Translations under genes and position numbers: made by a program
Notes under the pieces: generated by a model
Databases searched by the model: none
What the model saw: only the letters and a program-made list of their open reading frames with translations
Told to the model about the DNA's origin: nothing
Assembly: GCA_000320545.1 (NCBI GenBank)
Contig: ADNK01001594.1
Span: forward strand, 81,736-145,735
Source of the DNA: Bigelowiella natans CCMP2755
Taxonomy: Eukaryota > Protista > Cercozoa
Direction: 5' to 3'
Length of the DNA stretch: 64,000 bases
Shown: in pieces, positions 42,264 through 53,600 of the stretch
How positions within the stretch are numbered: the first letter of the stretch is position 1
How the letters are laid out: every line of letters starts with the position of its first letter

Positions 42264-42956
42264 CTGATGATGCCGTACGTCGTATGACTGACATCAAGTT
42301 ATCTAATTTAAATGCTAGCGTAGTGCAGACAAGCGTTAGTACACATTGCACAAGTAGCATCTGTAATCGATGCTTTACATCAAAATTGTTGCGAAAGAGG
42401 ACATTTAGTGGCAATGGACAGAACTAGAGAAACGTGTGCACGCATCTTGCATCGGCATGAATCATCATCAACCTAGTCATGGTCATACTGCAATGCTAGA
42501 ATGCACAGCATGCATGCTTGTATCCAGAAACATGAATGCGCGTTTGTTTTAATCGACAAGGTCCAGGCTAGCAGAGTGGACATCAACCAAATCAGGCATG
42601 CTAGCATTCCACAAAGTCGAAACGTCGTTGGGCGGCATCTCTAGATGTGCTAATCTAAATCGACATGGCCATGTCTGTGGTGCACATGCCAGGCTAGCTG
42701 AGGATCATCGCGCCTGGCATGTCTTTGTCAGTTGCAGCGTGTGCATGATGCCCCTACTTCTTCATAGTCTGGCTCAAAATGAGCAGCTGCACCTGTGCAT
42801 GCTAGCATGGTTCATGCACACTGCTGCGTTCTTGGCATGAAACGATCGAACGCAGCTCAGCGCGGCTATTTGCTAGATTCACAACCTCACAAATGCTGCC
42901 AGTTTTCAATCAATAGTCATTAATTGTGTGATAAATAAATTTGAGATAGAATCCTA

Positions 42957-43469
42957 CTACTGCATGCACTGCGTGCTAAGCCAATTGACGGCTGTTATTA
43001 GAAGAGACTGGTTGCTCATCACATCCTCCGAACTCAAAAATTCCTTAAATGTCTTTTTGGCATTATCGATGAAGTAACCAGTCTTTTCATTGGAGGTCTT
43101 GTGAAAGAATTTTCGCATCTAAATTTGGACAGAATCAGTCATGAATGATGTAGCAGGAAAAATAGACGTTGGAAGAGTCATTCGGTTTCATGGGACGTAA
43201 GACAGCTGCAATTCATAGATTCATTAATATAGAAGGAATCGTTAATACCCTTTCAAGTGGCTGAGACATAGCGTCATAACGGGGCAAGGGCATGCCAAAA
43301 GACCGTGGATACTCCTCAGAATCACCGTCCAAGAGCATCAGAATGCGCCTCTAAATAATGTTGATCGTGATATTGATTAGATTATTATGGGTAGCATATT
43401 TGCAGGAAGTAAATAAATTATGGTCTTGTGGAATGATGCAGATTTTTACACATATTCTTATTTATATGT

Positions 43470-43545
<76 letters not shown>

Positions 43546-44444
43546 CACCTCCAATTGGATTTGCACAGTTTGCTGTAAAAGTTCCTTTCGAATTGACTCG
43601 ATAAAAGCTTTCAATTTGAAGAGAAGATGGGACTGTCGTTTTCCCGTGATATCCACTTTCAGTGATGCTGATAGTAGATCTGGAGCATTTCTATCATTAC
43701 GTCCCTCATCCCCCCCCCTTTCCTCCTCTTCGGGTTCATCTTCCTCGGCCCAGGTACACTGACTGTTATCATAGCTTTCCTTCCGAGTATGTTGGTGTCC
43801 CCCATCATTTTCTTCTTCTTCTGGCTGCTGTCCCCTTTGTGCTGCTTCTGATTCTATATCCTGACATTTCTCAGGTGGATGGAGCAGCGAGTGAGACAGG
43901 AGGTTGAAGGCTGAGGGCACTGGAACTCTTCTTCGAAGATTCACCTGGATGCGGGAAGTTAGAATATCTGAATCATCAGTTTTCGACTAATTCAAAAGCA
44001 TACTGCCGTTGCTACTACTACTACTACTACAACGACGACTACTACGACTACTACCACCACCAGCTACTATTTATTACAGCACTTTACCATAGTTCTCAAA
44101 GACGAATATACTGCCAGCGTCAAGTGGAGCAGATCCTTCCTTACCCTAGTGCTAACGAATGGAGGAGGAGGGCCGTCTTGGCGACAAATGTAGACAAGTA
44201 TAAGTAACTCGATCGTTTATCAGCACATGCAGCATTCATAGAACCCAAGCATCGTTATTACTACCATAACTGCCATTACCTTTAGCGTCTTCTTCCTGCT
44301 CATCATTCATCCATTCTGCCACTGCTGCCGTGTCGATAAGTCGGTGTAAAAGCCCAGTGTACGTGCACACTGAAGGCACTTCGATGCCAACGGTCAGGTG
44401 CAGTGACATTGATGATGTCGCAGAGGGAGAAGGAACAGAGTCCT

Positions 44445-44480
<36 letters not shown>

Positions 44481-45035
44481 GTTATCGTTATCGTCATCTA
44501 GAATTCTAAGAAGAAGTCCTATTTCTCGAATATGAAACTGACATGATGGTTATCATCGCCGTCGCTGTCACGCACGGCAGTTGTTGTTGTTGTTGCTTCG
44601 TGCATGACCCCGGATGGAAGATACCTTCATTATGTAGGAAAAATGCTATGAGGATAATGAACGGTCATGGTAATGATGATGATGATGATGATGGTGATGA
44701 TGGTGATGATGATTTTATAGTGTGCGTATTACATTATGTCTCCTGGCCTTAGCAGCACCCTCGGCATTAACAACTCTCCGATCTGCTCGTACATAGCCCA
44801 CCACACACAACAAACACCCAATTCCGCAATATCACTCAAATGTATTCATCTTACTCTGCCTCTGATGCTGCAGAGCTAGATCTCGTGCTGCTTCTCATTG
44901 CTGTGTATTAACATCATTTTTATCGAAAACCTCATCGTCTCTGGGCTTGTATTTCTGGTCGAAGCGGCTCAGTGGCACCCCTCCCTAAGTAGGAACAGTC
45001 CATCATCACATAAGCAATGTATGGAGGAAGAGATT

Positions 45036-45078
<43 letters not shown>

Positions 45079-45658
45079 GGGGGGGGGAGGAGGAGGAGGA
45101 GGAAGGGGCATGAGTTTGTGGAATAAGTAGTACCTTATATAGACTCCATACTTTAGAACCATAAACCTTGATGATATTGACTATTATCACTACTACACCA
45201 CCTCTTGGCATCGCCATCATCACCACCACCATTCATTATAGTTTCCATAGTTTTTCCTGCTCTGGGCTCATTCGAAGGCAGCAGCATGATGCGACGCACC
45301 CCCCACCTGCAAGACGACGCTCTCCATATAGTCCCAATGAGCTTCGAACGCCTGGCTGCGAAGAGATGTTGAGTTGTATGGATTAGTCGCCGTTGTCACA
45401 CACGCGCGCGCGCGCGCACACACACACACACACACACAGAAACAACAAGATGGCGAGGGGTGATTACGCTATTGACCGCTAGTATGAGCATTCAACCGTT
45501 GATGACGACTTTTCTATCTCTATTGCTACGGCTCAAATCATCCATCATCAGCATCAGCATCAGTGGTGTGCTCCATGCCAAAGCCGATGTTAAAAGCTCT
45601 ACTGACAACTAGCGGTAATACCTGTCAGCGGGCGTTAAGTACATGTTGACCTAACAGC

Positions 45659-45711
<53 letters not shown>

Positions 45712-45906
45712 ATCGTAAGAATTCAACATAATCCATCGTGCACTAGGAAATATCATGCTGATTGTGCGGATGTGGAGCAGCTCCGGTCATCTACTATTTT
45801 CTGAGTTCTATTGTCTATGCGGTATAAACTAATTTCAACGTCGCATGACAACACCACCGTACGCACATACACACACACACACACACACGCGCGCGCGCAA
45901 ATATAC

Positions 45907-45945
<39 letters not shown>

Positions 45946-46017
45946 CTTGTAATTACATCGACTATGGATTCGAAGTCCGATGCCAAATCTTTTGCCAGTA
46001 GTTCAATCTATTGAAGT

Positions 46018-46061
<44 letters not shown>

Positions 46062-47240
46062 ACACACACACACACGTATGCTGCATTATTAAGGTATCGT
46101 GATACAACTTTACTTTCTTTTCATATCATCATTATTCAATTGGCCGTCGCATTTATCATCGATGGTCCCACCTCCCCAACGCGGTGATTCACTCGGTTTA
46201 CCAGTACAGAGAAGTTTTTCCGATGGAATAGGTAGTCGATAAGATCGGCATCAAGCCGTTGATGCTGTCCGTGCTCCTCCTTGTTTGTGTTACTACTACT
46301 ACTACTACTACTACGACGACGACCACGACGGCCACTTTTATCAACCCCTCGTTGAATCTGTGAGCGCTCGTTTTCCTTATTCAGCCATAATTTCTCCATT
46401 GGAACAAAACCCGTCCACCAAGAGCCATCTAGTTGTTATAGTCATCGCCACATTATCACCATTAAAGCTATCCCTGTCACCTCCACTATCATTATCTTAT
46501 TCTGAAATTCATCGTTGCAAACAGAAGGTGTAGTTTAGGAGGGGGATAGCACAAAGTGAGAGTCACCTTCTCCTCTAACTCTCTTTAGGACTTTGATATC
46601 ATCTGCTGTGGGTGGGAGGAGCTTCCTTCGCTCCTTGTTCGTGGCATAGCCCGTCGTCTGCTTTCCTTTTACTCTGCTAACATGGCTGAGATCGGCAAGG
46701 AGAGGTTTAATCTGATGTGTAGATAAGAGTGATAATTGGTGATCAATACTAAAGAAAAAGAGGTATATATGTAATGACGACTATTGACCTCCGAACACTT
46801 CGAAGAAATAGTACCAAGTAGACCGATAATAATTCCTCACTATTTCTTGCTCACACTCATCTCAAGAGTAACAACCTTCTCGAGCGGCATCAATCCCTGA
46901 AACTTGGTCATGTTGCCCCCGCTCCGTAGGATCCACACTTTGTTCTCGAAAGCCGTGACGAACCCAGGTAAGTCAGCACCGAACAGACTGTCAAAGCTCT
47001 GTGATAATTGCTGTTGTTGCAATTGTGGTGTGGAGCAAAATTGCGATGATGACGCTGCCGACGAACAACTACCGCTTCCTGATATGTATTGCAATTCCAG
47101 ACAAGACTTTTTAGCAAGGGAAGACACATGCAAATCTGCTGTCGACGTACGTGTTCCCACCACCTTGCTCCTTTCGCAGCTGCACCTGTGCTTCTACCTC
47201 CTCCATTACGAAGAACAGAGAGAACAATATCGCCAGCCGC
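42957..47240 (-). CDS. JmjC/Cupin_4 2-oxoglutarate-Fe oxygenase, ribosomal oxygenase (NO66/MINA/RoxA)-like, multi-exon; 5' end uncertain
   Basis: Spliced: SFDSLFGADLPGFVTAFENKVWILRS..FQGLM (46880-47000), FSVLVNRVNHR, IELLAKDLASDFESIVD|VNMYLTPADS|QAFEAHWDYMESVVLQ|VYGSKVWSLYK (HxD at ~45330), LLRPGDIM|YLPSGVMHEA (distal His at ~44600). The last exon ends at 42957. Confidence 0.82.
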
Positions 47241-47895
47241 ATCGATAGCAGGCGGGTTGAACACGATTCCCGCACCATGCAAGATAGGAATAAATGTTGG
47301 CATGCTCCTCCCATAGTTAGTCCACCCCCATCCTCGACTCTTCGTGCTCCTCCCTTCGGAACTGCAGCGTGAGCAGGTTTGATGCAAACGCGCTTTTTCA
47401 CTAATAATTCAGCTTTGATTCCTTATTCAGCTAAAAACGCCTTCTATTCGCACTACTCAAGTGTTCCAGGAGTTTTAGGATGTCGTCAAAAGCTAAAACC
47501 CTCCGAACTAGCCCTTCTCCATCGGCCTTATCCGGTGTTTTCCACTTCCGAATCTGAACGATATCCAAGTGGATATCGCCGATGAGACTCCAGAATAACC
47601 ACTTTGAATGCTGTACGACAACATACATACCCTGTCTTCTGGGAAGATTTTGACCCTTTTAAACATAATTCTCCAACCATGCAATGTGAAGGGCCCGAAA
47701 TATCTGGAACAAAAACTCGGGATTCAGGATACAAACGCAGTATATTTTGTCCTTGCGACATGTAAATTTATCGAAACTTGTGGCGAAATCAGAGGTAGTC
47801 TTGGGTTTCGGGAACAGAGCGAAACAGAAGAGGAAGGAGAGGGGCAACCTATTACGAGGACAAAAAACAAAAGGACAAAGTGGTATCATCAAAAC

Positions 47896-49884
47896 ATGGC
47901 AGACTCTAAACAAAGTGGAGCAGTTGTTTTACTGATTGGAAGTGGGGGTCGAGAACACGCAATGGCTTGGAAACTGGCTCAATCACCGCAAGTGAGCAAA
48001 GTACTTGTGGCGCCCGGAAACGGAGGAGTCAACGGCCCTAAGCTAGAACGCGTGACAGACCTTAACGTTAACGATCACAAGTCTGTTCTCGAAATGTGTA
48101 AAAAGCACGACGTCAGTCTTGTGGCAGTTGGGCCTGAAGCTCCGCTTGCGGACGGAATTGCAGACTTCCTCAACGCTGGAGGTCTTTCCGTCTTCGGTCC
48201 GAGCAAGAAGGCTGCAGAAATCGAAGCCTCTAAAGCTTTCTCTAAGGATTTTATGGCTAAGTATAAGATTCCAACTGCGGAGTACAAGAACTTTACCGAC
48301 TTTAAGGCAGCCCAGGATTACATTAAAGGCATCAAGCACAAGGTTGTCCTTAAGGCCTCCGGCCTCGCTGCGGGGAAGGGAGTGCTTCTTCCCGAGACCA
48401 CTGAGGAAGCTCTAGAGAGCCTCGAACAGATCATGGTCAAGAAAGAATTTGGAGATGCAGGATCTGAGGTGGTAATCGAGCAGCGTTTGGGAGGACCAGA
48501 GGCATCCGTCCTTGCTTTTACGGATGGGACAACTGTCATTCTCATGCCAGCAGCACAGGACCACAAGCGCATTGGTGAAGGAGACACTGGACTTAACACT
48601 GGTGGTATGGGAGCATACGCCCCAGCCCCCGTTCTTACCGATGAGCTTCGTGAGTTTGTACGCAAGAATGTTCTTCAAGCAGCCGTGGATGGTCTGAGAG
48701 CCGAAGGTCGCAAATTTGTGGGTGTACTGTATGCCGGTATGATGCTTGATCCTGAGCTCGGCCCACAGACTCTCGAGTTTAACTGTCGCTTCGGCGATCC
48801 AGAAACCCAGGTTTTGCTGCCGCTTCTTGATACGGACCTCTACCAAGTGATGAAGAACTGCTGCAATGGCACCCTGGACAAATTGGAGGTTAAGTTTAAG
48901 CCAGAAGTAGCTGCAACAGTTGTTGCAGCGAGTGGTGGATATCCTAAGAAGTACAAAAAGGGAATCAAGATCACAGGAACTGATGAGGTTAAAAACGGTG
49001 CAAACATATTCCATGCAGGAACCAAGCTGGATGGTGACGGCAACCTCCTAACGAACGGGGGGCGTGTACTCACCGTGACGGGCACAGGTCCATCTCTGCG
49101 TGAAGCTCTAGGCCAAGCATATTTTGGTATGCGTAAAATCAAGTTCGAAGGCATGCAATTCAGAAGGGATATTGCACACAGAGCTCTGACTCCAGAACGC
49201 CAATTGAAGGTGGCAGTTCTCGGTTCAACCCGAGGAACTGATTTACAAGCAATTATTGATAATATTCACGAGCCTGGAAGCAAGGATCCCTCCAAGATTG
49301 ACGTTTGTTGCGTGATTTCCAACCGAAGCAAAGCTGGTATCTTGGAGCGCGCAACGAAGTATAAAATACCAAACAAGTTTGTCTCTGCAAAGGGAGAGGA
49401 CGGGAAGTTAGTGTCAAGGGAGATATACGACGAGCGTGTAGAAGATGCCATGAGACCCTACGCCCCTGATCTGATCCTGTTGATTGGATATATGCGTATC
49501 GTCTCTGGTGCATTTTGTCAACGTTGGGAGCGACGGCTCATAAACGTTCATCCTTCCTTGCTTCCAAAGTTTGCAGGTGGTATGGATGGAGATGTGCATG
49601 CAGCTGTTCTGAAAGCAAAGGAGAAGGAGACTGGCTGCACAGTCCATTTCGTGGAGGAAAAGGTCGATGCTGGAGAAATTCTGGTGCAAAAGGCATGCTC
49701 AGTGGATCCTACAGACACTCCCGATAGCTTGAAAGCTAAGGTTCAGGCACTTGAAGGCCAAGCGCTGATCGAAGCTATCGAAATGTTCCGTCTGTACCAA
49801 CTGGGGGTTTGCCCCCTTCGCAATGCCCATCGTCTCAGTGGTGGTGAAGCAGAGCCTAAGAAGTCTAAAGTGGCTTCTACGTAA
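47896..49884 (+). CDS. purD/purN: Bifunctional GAR synthetase (PurD) - GAR transformylase (PurN) fusion, intronless
   Basis: PurD motifs IGSGGREHA, APGNGG, VGPEAPL, KASGLAAGKGV, QDHKR..GLNTGGMGAY, EFNCRFGDPETQ, HAGT, GGRVL, FRRDIA. These run directly into PurN motifs VAVLGSTRGTDLQAII, INVHPSLLPKF, GCTVHFV and DAG. The likely start is MADSKQ at 47896; the ORF is open from 47608. Confidence 0.95.
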   Translation: MADSKQSGAVVLLIGSGGREHAMAWKLAQSPQVSKVLVAPGNGGVNGPKLERVTDLNVNDHKSVLEMCKKHDVSLVAVGPEAPLADGIADFLNAGGLSVFGPSKKAAEIEASKAFSKDFMAKYKIPTAEYKNFTDFKAAQDYIKGIKHKVVLKASGLAAGKGVLLPETTEEALESLEQIMVKKEFGDAGSEVVIEQRLGGPEASVLAFTDGTTVILMPAAQDHKRIGEGDTGLNTGGMGAYAPAPVLTDELREFVRKNVLQAAVDGLRAEGRKFVGVLYAGMMLDPELGPQTLEFNCRFGDPETQVLLPLLDTDLYQVMKNCCNGTLDKLEVKFKPEVAATVVAASGGYPKKYKKGIKITGTDEVKNGANIFHAGTKLDGDGNLLTNGGRVLTVTGTGPSLREALGQAYFGMRKIKFEGMQFRRDIAHRALTPERQLKVAVLGSTRGTDLQAIIDNIHEPGSKDPSKIDVCCVISNRSKAGILERATKYKIPNKFVSAKGEDGKLVSREIYDERVEDAMRPYAPDLILLIGYMRIVSGAFCQRWERRLINVHPSLLPKFAGGMDGDVHAAVLKAKEKETGCTVHFVEEKVDAGEILVQKACSVDPTDTPDSLKAKVQALEGQALIEAIEMFRLYQLGVCPLRNAHRLSGGEAEPKKSKVAST

Positions 49885-50284
49885 TGATAAAAGTTCATGC
49901 CGATATAACTAGTACTTACGACTGCGTACTTAGCCAGTAATTCGCTAGAGTGCTTGTTACGTTGTGCCACACAGTGCAGCATGCACACCTACACCCACTG
50001 CATTTCCACACAATGATGTGTCAGCACAATGCACATTCCATCATTTAGCAACTGGCAAACAAATTGCAACATCATTAGCACTAGAGCACACCGAAAATGA
50101 GTGTGCATGTGCAAGCTAACATGTCAGTGCATGTGCCGCCACTCGGCATGGCGGTTGCCAGCACTAGAGTAGGGTAGTAGCGCAGAATCACATGCTAGCA
50201 TGCAGCGAGCGACGTGTCTAGCTCTAGATGGAGCCCGCAACTTGTGTTGCTGAGCATTGCGGAGGGTCGCAATAAAGCTTTGAT

Positions 50285-50610
50285 TGTAGCGCGTACCACT
50301 ACGCGGGCACAAGTCACGTGCGACAACAAAGGGGTTGTCGCGGATATAGAATATAGATAACGTAGATATTAATACAGCATAGGCACGTGGGTTCCGGCGG
50401 GACTCATGGCAGCACACCGGAAGTGTGCTGCCCCACGTGCGGCGGCATTCGCGAAAGCTTCGCGAATGATTACGCAGTGCACGATTTAATAAAAATATAA
50501 TCTTTAATAAAAATAAACACAACTCTTCAAAAGGAAGCAAACGTGCCTTTCCCCCCCCCTGCCTACTTGTGCACGTAGCGCCTCGGCCTGTGAACACCTT
50601 ACGCGCAACA
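50285..50610 (+). repeat. 5' LTR
   Basis: TGTAGCGCGTA...TACGCGCAACA terminal inverted repeat; direct repeat of 55708-56033; two AATAAA motifs. Confidence 0.97.
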
Positions 50611-50615
50611 ACCTT

Positions 50616-50679
50616 TGGCTTCCACGCGGGGAATCGAACCCCGATCTTGGGAGTGAAAATCCCATATCCGATTTGACTA
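50616..50679 (-). other. Extended primer-binding site / tRNA-Glu(TTC)-like sequence lacking the 5' acceptor strand
   Basis: The minus strand reads TA GTCA AATC GGAT A TGGGA TT-TTC-AC TCCCA AGAT CGGGG TTCGATT CCCCG CGTGGAA G CCA. Confidence 0.88.
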
Positions 50680-50682
50680 ACA

Positions 50683-53600
50683 ATGTCACAGCAGCTAGAA
50701 GAACAGCAGGACTTTGGCTCGCAGGCCGTGCAAGGGCACGAGCAGAAACAGGAAAGGAAGGGCGATACGGACGCTAAGGAAGGAGGAGGAACACCTCCAC
50801 AGGCACCGCCGGGACCAGCACCCGGGATTAAGAAAGCAGATGCAGCAGCAGAGGCACTGGAGAACTTCTACGAGGCGGACGACGAGGACGTGGCCGCCGA
50901 AAGCAAGAAGGTCGTAATGGCATTACGAGCCTTGCGACCCAGGGCGAGCAACTACGCCAAACTGAAAGTATCGATAGAATACAAGTATCAGACACATGAT
51001 GTTTGGGCAGCTATCATGCAGGACATCATGGATTACGAAGCAGACTTACCTCCAGAGTGGGCAGCTTTGTTTAGGAACGACGGGGGTCTGGGCGCCTCGC
51101 GGGGGACGACCCAGAGCACCGTCAAGCAGCAGCAGCCGGTACAGCGGAACACCCAGTTCATGTCTGTTAAAACAGCACCGGTTATGATAACGAAATACAA
51201 CGGGAAAAGAGGTGAGGCAAGGAGGTGGTGGAAGAACGCTAGGAGTATACTCTGCGACTTTACCCCTAACCCCACCGAAAACGACAAGCTCAAATGGCTA
51301 GCTATAATAAAGCAAGCCATGGACCTTTACGAGACAGGCAGGACCCGGATCAGGCAGCTAGAGAAAATACACACTACAGTTAGTGGGCTACGAGACGTTG
51401 AGGCGATAATGAAGGCTTTTGTAAATGAACAGGATGCTAACTCCCTACCCCAGGCTATTAGAAAATACAGAGCAATGATGCAGCATGAGAGAGAACCTGT
51501 TAGAGACTTTGCCACGCGCTTCCAGGATATGATCGACGAACTACATGATTTTAATTACAACACAGGTGATGATCAGGCAAGGTTTGAAGAGTTCAAGTTA
51601 AAGATAAAGGAATCCACTTACGTTACGGAGAAAGGCTACACCACGATGGAGGCAGCAGTGCAGGCTATATCCCTACGCGAGCAGGAGCAGGACCGCAAGT
51701 TTACCAGCCCTAAGGTACCTGGCATAGGAAACATTAACGCTATTAAGCCGCAGCGAGACTGGTACAAGGACAGGGAAGGTAACCGACGTTGCGGATACTG
51801 CTCACGTAAAGGGAAACACACCGCTAAAGACTGCAGAGACAGGAAAGAAGGACGACCCAGGATGACGATCAGGCAGCTCAACGAACACTACGAGAAGTTA
51901 AAGAGAAAGAAAGGCAGAGGACAAGGATATAACAACAGCAAATGGCAAGGCAGCAACAACGGGAAGAACAATAAATATAAGAACAAAAAGCAGAACAGTA
52001 TCAATGCTATACAGCAGCAGATAAACGGAATATTAGATCACCTTAAGCAGGCGCCGACGAAGACAGCAGTACCAGCAACGCAGGACCAAGACAAGCCCAT
52101 GACCCTAGACGACATAAAGAACTTAGGAGTATGCAACATTAATGACGAAGACGCTAACAGGACTATCAAAGTTGCTATGACCAAGGTTAAAGTTAAAGAC
52201 AGCTACGGAGACTACAAGAAACTACCTGCCCTTTGGGATAGTGGCAGCATGCCGAAGTCCTTCATAAGCCTAAGCACAGTAAGAAGGTTAGGACTATTGG
52301 ATCAAGTGACTAAGAAAGAACGTAAATATGCTCAAGCAGACGGAAGCTCTTCCATGAAGACCGTCGGTGAGCTAATGCTAAAGCTACAGATACCTGGCAG
52401 CGACGCGGAGACCCAAATCAAGACCCGAGTAGCCATGACTTTATCCATGGAACTACTCCTCGGACAGGATGCCCTAGAAAAATTAGGGGGGATCATATCA
52501 TTCTACAATCACAAGATATACTTTGCTAAGTTGCCAAAGAAGTCAGGCAGGACCATCAGCCAGAACATGATACGGCTTGACGAGTGGACCTCTGAGTCAA
52601 GCGTTAATGCGTTAGAGTTTATGGACCTAGCGGACAACAAGCTACCTACACCTACCGAGCTACGGAAGAAGAACCCCGGCAAGACCATCCGACAGATAAC
52701 GGAGCTACTGGACAAGACCCCCCCAGCTGATGATTGGGATATCGACAAAGGCAAAAAGTACATTAATAAAATATTAAACGAGAAGTACTCTGACATCACC
52801 AAGCCGACGACGAAGCCCTCCAGCAAGCTTACCCCAGTAAAGATCGAGCTAAAGAAGGGATACGAAGAGTGCATCATCAATGACCCAGAACATAGGCGAC
52901 CGGAAGCGGACTGGGAAAAGATAGAGTGGCAGATCAATGAATGGGCAAAGGAAGGGAAGATAGAGCCAAGCAACTCACCATGGAACGTGAGACATGTGCT
53001 AGCTAAGAAACCTACTTACCCTTTCTTCCGCCTGGCGCACAACTTCATCCGCCACAACCGAGTAATAAAGAGGATCCAGACACCTACACCAAGGATAGAT
53101 GACGTTATTGAACACGTCATAGGATACAAATACTACTCTTCCCTAGATAAAAATGAATCATACATGCAGACACCCATCCACAAAACCTCCCGCCCCATTA
53201 CCGCGTTCTCCAGCAGGCACAGGAAGTGGCACTTCGTCGTATTCCCTTACGGCCTAAGCATATCAGGGGATGCGTTCAGTAGTCAGAACTACAGGGCATA
53301 CACACATGATGGGATGGCGTCTGTGTTGTGGGTGTTTGTGTTTGTGTATGTGGATGATGACATAATATGTACCAACACAGTCGTCGCTCAGATCTTCCTC
53401 CTGGAAAATATATTTATTAGGTTTGCACACTTCGGTTTTACTATTAGACTGCAGAAGTGTACATTCCTAGCTACAAGAATCAAGTGGTGTGGATATTACC
53501 TGGAGCAAGGCCGCATCACCCCAAACCCCGAGAAAGTAGCAGCACTACAGCAAGCCCCTAAACCTAAGAATGCAAAGGAGTTAAAGTCATTCTTGCAGAC

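Noticed and set aside
47608-47895. 96-aa N-terminal extension of PurD-PurN
   Set aside because: It is not homologous to PurD and not clearly a targeting peptide. The ATG at 47896 (AAACATGG) sits just before the domain start.
50383-50440. Hammerhead ribozyme in the LTR (minus strand CTGCCATGAGTCCC..GGAAC)
   Set aside because: No intact CUGAnGA or GAAA core.
50124-50597. Antisense ORFs over the LTRs (also 55661-56041)
   Set aside because: They are duplicated only because the LTR is duplicated and show no recognisable domain.
50616-50686. Functional tRNA-Glu gene
   Set aside because: The 5' acceptor strand (expected TTCCACG) is missing and the D loop is shortened. It is reported as an extended PBS instead.
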